Shown: positions 1-12,753, numbered from the stretch's first letter. The stretch: DNA of 64,000 nucleotides from Octopus vulgaris (GCA_951406725.2 OX597814.1:152582001-152646000); one strand, 5' to 3'. Made by a program: numbers and translations. The notes: generated by a model not told the origin, from the letters alone.

Positions 1-647
1 ATGTTTCTAACTTCGTGATCAACTCCACACACCAGATATCTATCCCCTTTCACTCCACCAGACTCACCATCATACATACACATATACCAAGTCCAGGCAT
101 GTCTAATCAACAAGGTCACCGATCCAATAGTATCCCTTCCAAATAATCCTTCTCAATGAACCCTAGAGCTAGCCCCATATTAACTTAACTCTTCGATCTC
201 TCTTTCTCTCTCTCATACAAGAACACAGTTTTGTTATTAACACAATAATAATTATTCTTATTGATGAGAAAATCTAAATGGTTGTTTTCTTTTTAATTTT
301 ATATGTCCATATTCTTAATGAAAAACACTGCCTGGGCTTCTCAATTAATTTTGAAATTATCAAGAAATTGGACATATTTAATAAAATAAGTTTGTCATTA
401 CATAATACAAGATTCTTACATAAAATAACACTGTAATGTAAATTAAAGCAAATGGCTTTGTATCAAGGAAACAGGCAATTTCAGGTGAGTTCTTATAAGA
501 TGAGTTAAACTGATTCCTACTTCAACTAATTGTCATACTTGATTTCAAGTAACTGTTCTTTGGCTTTTATCTTCATGCTTTATTGAATATATAACAATAT
601 GCAAACAGTATCAAAATCAAAATTTAAAAAAGTAATTACATCCTTAC

Positions 648-720
648 AATTTTTGGAGGTTTGATTCGTGGAATGAAGGTCGATTCAGTGCCAAGAAGAG
701 GAGACTTGAAAGTATAGAAA
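648..720 (-). CDS. DEPDC5: DEPDC5 coding exon 15 (gene continues beyond window start)
   Basis: (S)FYTFKSPLLGTESTFIPRIKPPKI; gtaagg donor. Confidence 0.9.
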
Positions 721-2434
721 CTGAAATTAAATTTTTTACAAATATTAAAAATTTAGAACATTTTCAAACAAATTGTTTTAATTACAAAAAAAAAAAAATA
801 GATCACATTGAGTACTTATACTAATTGCATTCTAACTTCAGGTTCTGTTCATAAGAATATTGTAATGTTATTTTATAATACACTACTGCAAGGTCCAGTC
901 CTTGTTGCAGTTAGGTGGCTTGAGTACCTCAGTGACTCTGAGAGCAATGCCAGTGGAGCACAAGCTCCCAGAAGGTCCTTCTATGTTGGACAAATGAAGG
1001 GCCAGAGGCCAGACTTATACAGACTGCCTCTCCCCAGAGATAAAAATGGGTTTGCAATGGGCCAACATTCCTACCTAAAAAAGCAAAGTTATAGAATCTT
1101 CGATGACAATACAAAAACCAACAAGACCTGAGAGATGAAGGCCTTCCCTCAGGAAAACACATGATGCGGTGAAGCTAAATCCCAAAGGAAACTGTAAAGA
1201 AGCAGAGATCCAATTGGAGAGAAGAAAAGACAGCCTAGAGTTGAGAACAAAGGAAAAAAGTCATCAATTTTGTTTTCAACTCATTTACAACTATCATGCC
1301 GGTGAGAACCATCCAAATGTGGCCGTTGCTAGCGCCGCCCCGACTGGCCTCGTGCCAGTGGCACGTAAAAAGCACCATCCGATCGTGGCCGTTTGCCAGC
1401 CTCATCTGGCACTTGTGCCAGTGGCACGTAAAAAGCACCCACTACACTCATGGAGTGGTTGGTGTTAGTAAGGGCATCCAGCCATAGAAACATTGCCAGA
1501 TCAGACTGGGCCTGGTGCAGCTTTCTGCCTTCCCAGACCCCAGTTGAACCGTCCAACCCATGCTAGCATGGAAAGCGGACACTAAACGATGATGATGATG
1601 ATGCTATGTCAAGATAAAGGCACACACACACACACACACATGATGGGATTCTTTCAGTTTCTGTTTACCAAATCCACCCACAGCTGGTGGGTATAATAGA
1701 AGACAGTTGCCCAAAGAGCCACACAGTGGACTGAACTTGGAGCCTTGAGGTTAGGGAAAAAACTTCTTGACCACACAGCCACATGTGCAATAAAATGTGT
1801 TCTACCAACATCTTGTTTCCTTTACTCCCTCATTCTGGTTTTTCTTGAGTCATTTCTCTCATCTGGTCTCCCTCTTAGTCATGTTGCTGTGAATAAATAA
1901 CAACAATGTAGAGTAGTGGGGACTCTATAGTCACGCAGGGTATAAGGCAACTTCAGCACCCCGTATACTCACTAAAGTGGTTGGCAAACCAGCAGAGAAA
2001 ATGTTGGGTGAAAAAACCCCCTTTGCTCTTTGCCCATGACAGGTCACAGGGTAGAAGGTGACCTCTAGACCTTGTGCCATGATAGAATGCACCCCATTTA
2101 CTTTGTAAAGTAGCTAGCAAGCAAGCTGACAAAATGTAAGGTGACAAAGACCCTTTGCTTTTTGCCTAGGACATTACAACCTTTCTAGTACTGGTGCTAT
2201 GATCAAATGCACCTAGTATCGTTGGTGTTAGGAAGGTCATCCAGCCAAAGAAACCAAGCCAAAAATGAAGTATATGAAGTCCTCCAACACATTTAGGAGA
2301 ACAACTAATTTGGACTGTGATGACTTGTTCAACCCATATTAGCAGGAAAAGTGGAAGTAAATTGATGAAGAATTATAATAAAGAGAAAATGACAGAACAA
2401 AACCTTACATCATATATAACATAACTTTACCTAC

Positions 2435-2508
2435 CTATGGTTCATCCAATGAGGAATATTATAATCATCTCCGACTTCCAAAGTGATTTTCTCAGTTTTA
2501 CTATGGAA
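2435..2508 (-). CDS. DEPDC5: DEPDC5 coding exon 14
   Basis: FHSKTEKITLEVGDDYNIPHWMNH(S). Confidence 0.95.
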
Positions 2509-3768
2509 CTGAAAACATGGATTCATATTGTTAATTATAATGATCAATCATCATCATCATTTCATCAACAACAACATAGGATTTTTTTTACCTTATACTG
2601 AGATAAGCTTCATTGGATGACTGATCTAGCATCTTGCAAATGAATAACCAAAATATTTTGAGATTTAAGAAGCTTTTGGCAGCAAGATGATATTAGAATT
2701 TTCATAAAATGATACATCAGAAGACTAGAAATTCATGCCTAAATCACCACCTGGTTTTAATACTAACACCTTCAAAGTCAAGTAGCTCTCAATTCAGGCT
2801 CACTCTACAGCTGTTTGTGTAGGGTGTCATTTACTATATCTTCAGGTCAACCCAAACCTTGTGAGGTGAAACCGAGAAGAGAAAAATTGTGTTAATGCCC
2901 ATTCGATGGATTGTACCTGTTCTTTGATGAAAGACTAAACCCAGTGCCTGCATAGGGAATATTGTTTATCTTTTACTTGCTTCAGTCATTAGATTGTAGC
3001 CATACTGGGCTACTGCCTTGAATAATTTTAGTCAAACAAATCGACTTCAGAACTTATTTGTTTTATTTTAAGTCTGGTATGTATTTTATCACTCTTTTGC
3101 CAAACCACAAAGTTATGGGGACATACACACATATCTGATGAACTTTATTCAATTTCTGTCTTCCAAATCCACTCTCAAGGCCTTGATCAGTCCGAGTCTA
3201 TAATAGAAGACACTCACCCGAGGTGCCATGCAATAGGACTGAACCCAGAACTATGTGGTTGGGAAACAAACTTCTTACAACACAGCCACACCTACACCTA
3301 TAATTTTTTATTATAATCCACTCTATTGCAAACATTCAGATTAGCTCACCAATTTCTTCCTCCCCTTCCCTCACCTGTCTCAGTGACCCTGAATTAATCC
3401 ATTAAAAAAAATAAGACCCTTAGTAGAATTACATTCAAATCAAACAACAGATCACTCACTGCCCACATGTTTCCTGCAGATGTTCAAGCTGGGTCCCAGC
3501 CACATCAATTGAATCAGTCTAGGAGAACATGAAATGGTCATGAACACTACACTTTCTTTTCTAACTTAACTTTTATAAAAATACAGTAAAATTTTATAAA
3601 AGGAACCAGAAAATATCTTCACATAAAGTCTTAATTAAAAAATTGACCATAGACTGTTCAATATAAAAGTCTCCAGAAGTTAATGAAAATACACTGTCAT
3701 AATGAAGCATGAATGATTGAAAACTGAATGATAGGTTAATAATATCATGATCAAATATAAATATTTAC

Positions 3769-3830
3769 TTTAAATAGAGGTGCTGCATGTAGTGGTTGCT
3801 CTCCCATACAAACCAAATCACTTCCAATAC
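3769..3830 (-). CDS. DEPDC5: DEPDC5 coding exon 13
   Basis: (G)[20 protein letters not shown]. Confidence 0.96.
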
Positions 3831-4106
3831 CTATAAAGAAAAGTAGTTCAAAGTCAATTTTTGTTTGTATAAAGTTCCAAACTTTAAACAGGAGCACAAC
3901 AAAGGAACATATGGAAAATTCATACAAGACAAAACATTGCTCATTCCTCATTAATTTCATCCAAAAGATCCTTACAATTTCATGCCTTATATAGATATTA
4001 TTATGTAGGCAGGGTAAAATCTAAACTGTGTCCTCTTGAAGTACATCTGCTTATTTCAGTATTACAATCGAGTATGTAGTTTTTGTAGTTGTTGTATTGA
4101 TGTGAG

Positions 4107-4707
4107 CAGGGTCATCGCTAAGCCCCTGCAACTCCTGCGGTCACAGGGGGCCTCCACAGTTGAGGGGCCCATGTTAAGATCAAAGTACGTAGATGAGTCA
4201 TCTATTTACTTTGGTTAAGAGGTTGAACAACAATTAAACTATCTATGTTAACTTAAAATTTCAAGAAATAAAATGGTAATACATTGTACCTGCAAACGTT
4301 TTGTAAAAATATACTGTACTATGAACATGTACCAGACTTTGTGTATTGCCTATGATATTTATTGAACATGAACTTAAGCTCTCAGCTTGATTATTCTGAA
4401 CTGATTGATGATTTTGTGAAGCAAAAGGTACACCGTATTTGTCTTTGAAAGTTGCTTGGATGAAAAAAGTGCTCTTTTATTCATATCTGGAATTTTTACT
4501 TATTGTAATTTGTAACACCTAAATAAATTTAACTTGTTGTACTTTTAAAGACGTTCTTTAGGATAATGTAAAATATTGAACTTCAGATAAAATAAAGTAA
4601 AATATAACTATGAATAAAAGGTGTGTAGATTATGAATTTTGATTGAAGGGATGGGGCCTCGAAACAAAAAGTTGCAGGTAGCCTCTAAAAGTCATGCGAC
4701 AGAGCTG
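4107..4707. mobile_element. hAT-type non-autonomous element
   Basis: Ends cagggtcatcgc / gcgacagagctg; 8-bp TSD gatgtgag / gatctgag. Confidence 0.7.
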
Positions 4708-5497
4708 GATCTGAGATATATAAAAATATATTTTATTGTGTCTGGGGAGAATCATTTTGTTATAATGCCTTATTAATTAACACACTCACTGGTTCGATTT
4801 CCACTTATTTACTTATTTATTTTTTCTAAAATTTTTGTTTGCTTCTTACAAGAGGTTGCAAGAAGCAATGAAAACAAGATTTTATATAGTTACCCAAGGT
4901 TTCGCACCCCAAAAGCCAAAGCCTATAGAGTCTGATGAACTGTCCACAAGGCTTTGGCTTTGTGGGTGCAAAATCTTGGGTAACTCTATATGAAATTTTG
5001 TTGTAATAATTACTGCTCTATTTTTTAGAGTGTGCTTCTTTCTGATACATGTTTTTTTTATTAAATATATGTGCGTGTGTGTGTCATCATCATCATCGTT
5101 TAACGTCCGCTTTCCATCCTAGCATGGGTTGGATGATTTGACTGAGGGCTGGTGAACCAGGTGGCTGCAACAGGCTCCAATCTTGATCTGGTAGAGTTTC
5201 TACAGCTGGATGCTGTTCCTAACGCCAACCACTCCAAGAGTGTAGTGGGTGCTTTTACGTGCCACCGGCACAGGGGCCAGCCAGGCAGTACTGGCAACGA
5301 CCTCGCTTGAATATTTTTACACATGCCACCGGCATAGATGCCAGTAAGGCGATGCTGGTAACGGTCATGCTCAAATGGTGTCTTTTACGTGCCACCGGCA
5401 CAGAAGCCAGTTAGCCGCTCTGGCAATGATCACGCTCGGATGGTGCTCTTAGCACCCTACTAGCACAGGGCTCAAGTGCCAGTAAGGTGACATGTAT

Positions 5498-5543
<46 letters not shown>

Positions 5544-5820
5544 AAAGAAGGGGAAGTCACATACATCAACCCTCCCCTAACACTCAACTTGTACTTATAT
5601 TATTGACCCCAAAAGGATGAAAGGTAAAGTTGACCTTGTAGTACTTGAATTCAGAATGTAAAGACTTGAGAGAAATGCTAAAGAGCATTTTATCTGATGC
5701 AGTGATGATTCTGCCAGCTTGCCACCTTATTGTTTTTTGCTATTAAAATCTCAAATGTTAGAGCTTCAATTCTGAGCTCCAAAGTATTAATCAAATAAGA
5801 TGAAGGTAGGATTCACTTAC

Positions 5821-5955
5821 CACAATCGATTGTTCTGTGCTTTGTAATGTTTGTTAATTCACGATCAACTTCAAACACACCTGGTCCAGGAGTTATAACT
5901 ACAGCTACTTGGCCCGTACGATCAAAACTTCGATCAAGATAATAACGCTCAAACA
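5821..5955 (-). CDS. DEPDC5: DEPDC5 coding exon 12
   Basis: (L)[44 protein letters not shown](G). Confidence 0.96.
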
Positions 5956-6191
5956 CTGAAAAAACATGGTAATACAGAGCATATGAATAATGTTAAGCAG
6001 TTTTACATACAAGTTTAAAACATTTCAAAATACTCTCTCTCACTCTCTTTATTTCTCCATTTCTTATAGCTTAGCCTAATGTCCATATGTGTGTGTGTAT
6101 GCATACATGTAGGTATTTATGCATGCATTTGTGTATAGAGATATACACATATTCCAGTGCATATATGTGTCCATATGTGTTTTATATGTAG

Positions 6192-6367
6192 GTGCAGGAG
6201 TGGCTGTGTGGTAAGTAGCTTGCTTACCAACCACATGGTCCTGGGTTCAGTCCCACTGCGTGACACCTTGGGCAAGTGTCTTCTACTATGGCCTTAGATC
6301 AACCAAAACCTTGTGAGTGGATTTGGTAGATGGAAACTGAAAAAAGCCCATTGTATATATGTTTATA

Positions 6368-6404
<37 letters not shown>

Positions 6405-6610
6405 TTGTATGTCAGTGTTTGTCCCCCCCAACATTGCTTGACAGCCGATGCTGGTGTGTTTACATCTCCGTAATCTTGCGGTTCGGCAAAAGAGACTGAT
6501 AGAATAAGTACTAGGCTTACAAAGAATAAGTCTTGGAGTCGATTTGCTCAACTAAAGGTGGTGCTCGAGCATGGCCACAGTCAAATGACTGAAACACAAG
6601 TAAAAGAGTA
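6192..6610 (+). mobile_element. tRNA-derived CORE-like SINE with internal (TG)n
   Basis: A-box gtggctgtgtggtaag, B-box ggttcagtccc, ccttgggcaagtg core; copies at ~41066-41412, 50793-51190, 62708-63130 (+) and 2970-3295, 52546-52942, 56340-56749 (-). Confidence 0.8.
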
Positions 6611-6941
6611 CTTAAATACACAGATGTATATGCCTTACTTCTACAACTTTTCTATATCTAACAATGTAACAAAGTTTATCTCCCATACCTTGCTATTTTA
6701 TGCATAGCATGCAATAAAGACAAGCTAGAGCTTCCAAGAGTACTGAACTAATGCAACTGATGCTCTCCTTCAACAGATGTAAGTTGAAACAGCTGTAGGA
6801 AAAACATGTTTATCTCTGCATATAGCTCATATGTCAGGCAGATGAACAGGATAGCTTTTATGAAACCATGAAGCTCTCCTGCAAAATTGCCACAGTTACA
6901 AATAACAATTACAAATGGAGAAGAAATAAGTGAACACTTAC

Positions 6942-7129
6942 AATTAAGGGACATATTCAAGGTTTCTAAGAAGTTGCCCTGAGAGGCGGTTGAGTTTTCA
7001 GCTGGTGGCACAGTTAATCCACATGCCTCATGGTAGCGAACCACTTTCCGCGGATATTCATTAAAAATAACACGTAACTGAATTAAGGTACTAGCCCAAT
7101 CTTCATAACGCTCATTCTGCACCACAATT
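6942..7129 (-). CDS. DEPDC5: DEPDC5 coding exon 11
   Basis: IVVQNERYEDWASTLIQLRVIFNEYP...NSTASQGNFLETLNMSLN; gtaagt donor. Confidence 0.96.
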
Positions 7130-7236
7130 CTATTTGAGAACAGGAAATAAAATTTTGATGAAACATTAACATTAGAAAAAAAATTCAGATTAAAACAAGT
7201 TTTAAAATTTAGAAATCAGAAAAAAAAATACAAAAC

Positions 7237-7309
7237 CTGTAGAAATCTTCATAGAATCTTCCTTTGTAATCTTGCTGAATCCAATCACGAATAATTTCAG
7301 GAAATTCAT
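7237..7309 (-). CDS. DEPDC5: DEPDC5 coding exon 10
   Basis: (D)EFPEIIRDWIQQDYKGRFYEDFY(R). Confidence 0.95.
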
Positions 7310-8344
7310 CTAGAAAATAGAAAAAGAACATATATCCAATATGTACACAATTTCTTACAACATAAACAATAACATCATCATCGTTTAACGTCTGCTTTCC
7401 ATGCTAGCATAGGTTGGATGATTTGACTAACGACTGGCAAACCAGATGGCTACACCAAGCTCCTATCTAATCTGGCAGAGTTTCTACAGCTGGATGCCCT
7501 TTCTAATACCAACCACTCCGAGAGTGTAGTGAGTGCTTTTACACGCCACCAGCATGAGAGCCAGTCAGGCGGTACTGGCAACGGTCATGCTCAAGTGGTG
7601 TTTTTTACGTGCCAACTGCACAAGACCCAGTCCAGCAACACTGGCAACAACCTCACTCAAATGTTTTAATGTCTTTCCTTTTATTGTAGTCCTTAATTAT
7701 AAAATATACACAACAGTAACAGTGGAAACCAGCCTTGTCTTTTGCTTTGTGTCATATTCTTGGTATGGTTTTCAAGGGTGGATTTCTATTCTGTTGCCAA
7801 CCACTTTACTGTATGAAGTGAGAGAGAAGTTCTCTACTGGAACTAAAGAGTTCTCTCTATCTTCTACTCATCATCATTTTAATGTCTACTTTTCCATGAT
7901 TGCATAGGTCAGAGCTTATTGATGCAGATTTTCAACAGCTGGATGCCATTCCTGTCACCAACCCTCACCTGTTTCCAAATAAGATACTTAGTTATGTTGC
8001 CCTGAATGAGCAGAAACAATATAGTATAGTGAGGATCCTCCTCAGTGTTACCGAGTAGAAGGCATCCTCACTAGAACTGGTGCCATGATAAAATGCATCC
8101 ACTACAATCAGGAGGGGTAGTCCCCTGACCACACCTAAGAGGGCAGTAACTCCTCATAAGACTTAAAGCATGGATGACCATGAAAAGTAGATGTATGATG
8201 ATGATGATGATGGTGATAATGATAACGACAACAACGACGATGATGATGATGATGATGGTAGTGATGATGATTTAAAATTTTCAAGGAAAGGAAAATGGAA
8301 TGCTTTCTCCATCTTTCCTATAAGGATAACTTGATACTACTTAC

Positions 8345-8414
8345 CACAACTACTGGCACTGTAGAATGTACGGGAAAATAGAACAATAGTGACATCATGG
8401 CAACAATTCTGTTC
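8345..8414 (-). CDS. DEPDC5: DEPDC5 coding exon 9
   Basis: EQNCCHDVTIVLFSRTFYSASSC(D). Confidence 0.95.
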
Positions 8415-8927
8415 CTGAAATAAATGAACAGGAAAATATGAATTATGCCAGAGGCAAACAGATATAGCTGTGTACAAGAGGCAAGAAAGAAGGGATCCTC
8501 AACCAGACTTTTCACAGACAAAGAAAAAAATTATAACTTTTTCTGGGTGTGTAACGGAATGGGATAGGTACAGACTAACCACAGACCAAACAAATACTGA
8601 TTGATGACAAACCAGATGAACAGTAATTAGCTACAAACCAAATGAATTCTAATTAATGACAGTCCAGATAAATAGTAATTCATGTTAAATTCAGATAAAT
8701 ACTAATTATGAACACTAGGTGTGGCTGTGTGGTTAAGAAGCTTGCTTCCCTGCCATGCGTCATGGGTTCAGTTCCACTATTTGGCACATTGGGCAAATGT
8801 CTTTAAGTGTCCCTGGCCAACCAAAGCCTTGTGGGGACAGAAACTGAAAGAAGCCTGACGAATATAAATATACAGACAGACAGATAGATGTAAAACCACA
8901 AAACCTCCTATGAGGCCAGCAGAAATA

Positions 8928-10153
8928 TCAAGTCATTAAGAAGGAAATGTTCGATTTTGAACTGAAAGTTTATTTTACTTTATTTCAACAAAAAGCAATG
9001 CAGTTAATTAAAGTATGCACCTAAATTATCGACACAATTTTGCCATTTTATTGGTAGCTTATTTATGCCAGCGGCATAAATAATATATTTGCATCTACTA
9101 CAGATTTGAAATTTTTTCCTTGCAAAAGTTGTCAAATGCCTGGAAAACAAGAGAGTCAATTGGTGCAAGTTCTGGTGAATATGGTCGATGATAGAGTACT
9201 TCCAAGTTCAGTTCCTGTAACTGGAGTAGCGTTTTTTGTGCAACATGTGGTTGAGCATTGTCTTGCAAGAGAATTGGCCTGTCTCTATTGACCAATCTCG
9301 GTTGTTTAATTGCAAGTTCATTAATCTTTTCAATTGGTTGATGTATACATCCACTGTAATTGACTTACCAGGGCTCATGAAGCTGTAGTGGATGACACCA
9401 ACACTGGACCACCAGACAGACACCATTAGCTTTTTCTGATGAATATTCATTTTTGGGTTGTGTTTTGGTACTTGGTCTCTATTAAAGCACTGTGCAGAAT
9501 GCTTGCTATTGTTGAAAAGAATCCATTTTTCATCACACATAACAATACGATGCAAAAATGGTTCACTTTTATACCATGACAGCAAAGAACAAGTTTCAAG
9601 ACAACATGTCATTTGATGCTCATTCAGTTTGTCAGGTACCCATTTATCCAGTTTGTTTCAGATGGTCCAATACAGTTGGAATCAAAAAACAAACTTTGCT
9701 GCTAATTCACGCATAGTTTGAGATGTATCCACTTCCACTACAGCTTCCAGCTCATCATTATCCACCTTGGTCTCAAGTCTACCATTGGGCTGATTTTCAA
9801 GAGCAAAGTTACCAGACACGAATTTCTCAAACCATCAACGCTCTCATTCACTACATCTTTACCAAACAAACACCTCACTGATATTTCAAGCTGCCTGAAA
9901 TTCATTGGTTCCATGACGGAACTCATATTCACAAACAACATGAATTTTTTTATCTATCCATGGGTTCACAAAAATTGATTTACAAGAGAAAACCCACAAT
10001 ATAATCAGACACCATGAATTGCATTTTTAAAAAGTGATGATGTAACTCTTCAATGTTGTAAAACAAAGAATTGTCAGGATAAAACATTAGAGTTAACGAC
10101 TGTCAAATTCCGTGCATAAAAAAAAAACAGACATTTCATTCATAATGACCTGA
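8928..10153 (-). mobile_element. Full-length decayed mariner transposon
   Basis: ~30-bp imperfect TIRs (tcaagtcattaagaaggaaatg / catttcattcataatgacctga), TA on both sides; broken transposase motifs IVMCDEKWI, LLQDNA.PH, H.PYSPELAP. Confidence 0.9.
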
Positions 10154-10244
10154 TATTAATCTATTTATGCCATTAAAAAAAATTTGCATATTTGCCATTA
10201 AAATTATTTATAGAAAGTTTTGAAGAGAAAATGACAGTGCTTAC

Positions 10245-10385
10245 CTTCCATTTAGCAAAGAGATCTGTAAGGAACCCATTGACAGCTTTCTCAAAATATA
10301 GATCCCCATGGACATCAAAATCCCACATTTCAGAGCTCATCTGGATAAAAATCTGGACCACAGCAGTAGAAGATCGGAAAACTAT
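10245..10385 (-). CDS. DEPDC5: DEPDC5 coding exon 8 (Iml1/SABA domain)
   Basis: [47 protein letters not shown], a diagnostic DEPDC5/Iml1 motif. Confidence 0.97.
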
Positions 10386-11539
10386 CTAGAAAAGAAAGAC
10401 AAAAGAAAAATTAAGAAATTATGAAAAAAAAAAAGTTAAAATACTCTAGGAATATGATATGAAAGTTCTGAGATGTTTTGTTTAATGATGAAGAGGAATT
10501 ACCCATTTAGCTATTTAAAGGCAGTATTTTCTCTTTTTCTTTTAATGAATTAGTCTAGAGGAAAAGGCTATGCTCTTGTCCTCTTGCCATTCTGAAGAGC
10601 TTCCAAGAGTACTGAACTAATGCAAATGATGCTCTCCTTCATCAGATGTAAGTTGAAACAGCTGTAGGGAAAACATATGCAAGGAAGGCATTCCATGATG
10701 TTTTGGAGAAGATTAGAGCAAAGTCTGGGAGATGGATGACAACACAGGTGTCAAAAGGAAGATAATGATGTATCAGGTTGAGTCTAACTTGAAGTTTGTA
10801 TAAAATTACTAATTGTTTGAAACTGACATATTTTATTGCTTCAAAGAGGAAGGCCAGCCTTGATGATGAAATCTATTATGTGGATAATGTGAGATTGCAA
10901 GGAGAATCATCAATGGTTATCTCTCATGGTAATCTATAACCCACTAGCTCACTTAGTTTTACCTATAATGCAATATAAGAGTCACTGTACACATTCATTG
11001 ATACAATACACTTATAATATGTCAAATTTTTCTGTTCATTGAAAAGGTTGAAGTGAAATATAAGCTTTCATTTTCAAGTAATCAACTAATGATTCTAAAT
11101 AAAAGTATCACAACACTGAAATAGGCTTCCCCACCAGCAAGTGAAAAATTTGGCAGAAATACAATAATGTATGTTTGTCTCTTGATGGTTACATTTAACA
11201 TATTAAACAACTGAAGAAAGATACTCATTAGTAAGACTATTTTGATTTGACAGGGCCCAAAGAGTACATCATGCATGTGTGTTTACTTGGCATGGTTTCT
11301 ACATCTGTATGCCCTCCCTAATGCCAATCATTTTACTGCATATACTGGGTACTATTTCATGCCACCAGCACTAGTGAGATCACCAAGTAGCTTGCAAGAG
11401 ACAACTGAACCCCAAATAGGTAGGAAAGCACTTTATGCTAGGAATGAGGCATGGAAAGGGGTCATACATAAGGAAAAGAAAAAAAGGACAGATGGAATTA
11501 TTAAATGTTTGAGAAAGCACATAGCAGCTTCACACTTAC

Positions 11540-11609
11540 CCTTGTGTTATCGTCAATAACTCCACATGTCACACGTTCTCCTTTTGACCATAACTCACTC
11601 ACCTGACAC
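11540..11609 (-). CDS. DEPDC5: DEPDC5 coding exon 7
   Basis: (R)CQVSELWSKGERVTCGVIDDNTR; gtaagt donor. Confidence 0.94.
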
Positions 11610-11790
11610 CTAAAATGGAGAACAAAGTTGGTTTATTACATTTCAAAATTATATACAATCATCAACAGAATGTTTATTACTATAATAAACCTAAGGATGC
11701 AACTGAGTTTAAGATATTCAACAGTACAAAATATAAAAATTTTGATGATGATCTGTCAGCATTCTGATCATTGACTCAAGCTAGAATTCC

Positions 11791-12004
11791 GCCGTCCAAG
11801 AATTTGGACCTGGAGATCTCCATTTCCAGCGACTTCAAGGGCCACCTCCCAGTGGTGTCGGGCATCAACAAAGAGCCCTCAACTACAACAAGATGACCAA
11901 AGTTATTTTTTGTTTTCCAAAGTCTGGGGTCTCCCACCCCTAAGCCCTAGACTATCACCTAATCACTCTTACCCGTCTTATTGCTTAACAACAACAACAA
12001 CAAC
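11791..12004 (+). mobile_element. 5'-truncated non-LTR insertion with (CAA)n tail
   Basis: Perfect 12-bp TSD agctagaattcc (11779-11790 and 12005-12016). Confidence 0.8.
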
Positions 12005-12600
12005 AGCTAGAATTCCCACCAAACAAATGTTTTACAGTATTCATCAATATCTATGCCCTATATACCAACATCTGGAAACTTTATATTAACATCTCATTAC
12101 CATTTTCAATGAATTTAAATCAAAAACTTCCAACCAGTTCCACTAATCCATAATTATCACAAAGACCAATTATAATAATTATCGTGCAATTCTGAATGTT
12201 TAAAGATTCATGCTAAATTAACCTAACATTTCCCCCACTACATTATTGCTATTTCAAAAAGAAATGGTGTAGGGAATTACAAAACAATTTTGCATATTTT
12301 GTTCTTAGAGTAATGAGATGTTTCATCACAGATTCTGATAAATTGTTGATTTAAGCAACAAAATACATGATAAATAATGTTGTCTCCATGTTTGTATTTC
12401 CCAATACAACACTGATCATCATTATCATCATCATCATCGTTTAACGTCCGTTTTCCATGCTAGCATGGGTTGGACAGTTCGACCAGGGTCTGGGAAGCCA
12501 GGAGGCTGCACCAGGCTCCAGTTTGATCTAGCAGTGTTTCTACAGCTGGATGCCCTTCCTAACACCAAAGGTGAATCCTAGGTGAATAAAAAATACTCAC

Positions 12601-12650
12601 CTCATCTCTGCAAATTCTATTTTTTTGTTCAGATAGGCACAAGTGTTGAC
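12601..12650 (-). CDS. DEPDC5: DEPDC5 coding exon 6
   Basis: VNTCAYLNKKIEFAEM(R); gtgagt donor. Confidence 0.94.
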
Positions 12651-12753
12651 CTGAAATATAAATACAATTTCATGAAACAAATGTTATTCATATATATATA
12701 CATCATTGGTAAATAACAAAAATTGCAAATGAAAATATAGGCAGTACACTAAC

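Noticed and set aside
6728-6808. Possible duplicated intronic C/D snoRNA
   Set aside because: No terminal C box / D box pair with closing stem on the host strand; the TGATGA is mutated in this copy
6748-6941. ORF extension beyond DEPDC5 exon 11
   Set aside because: Read-through into the intron past a canonical gtaagt donor; homology stops there
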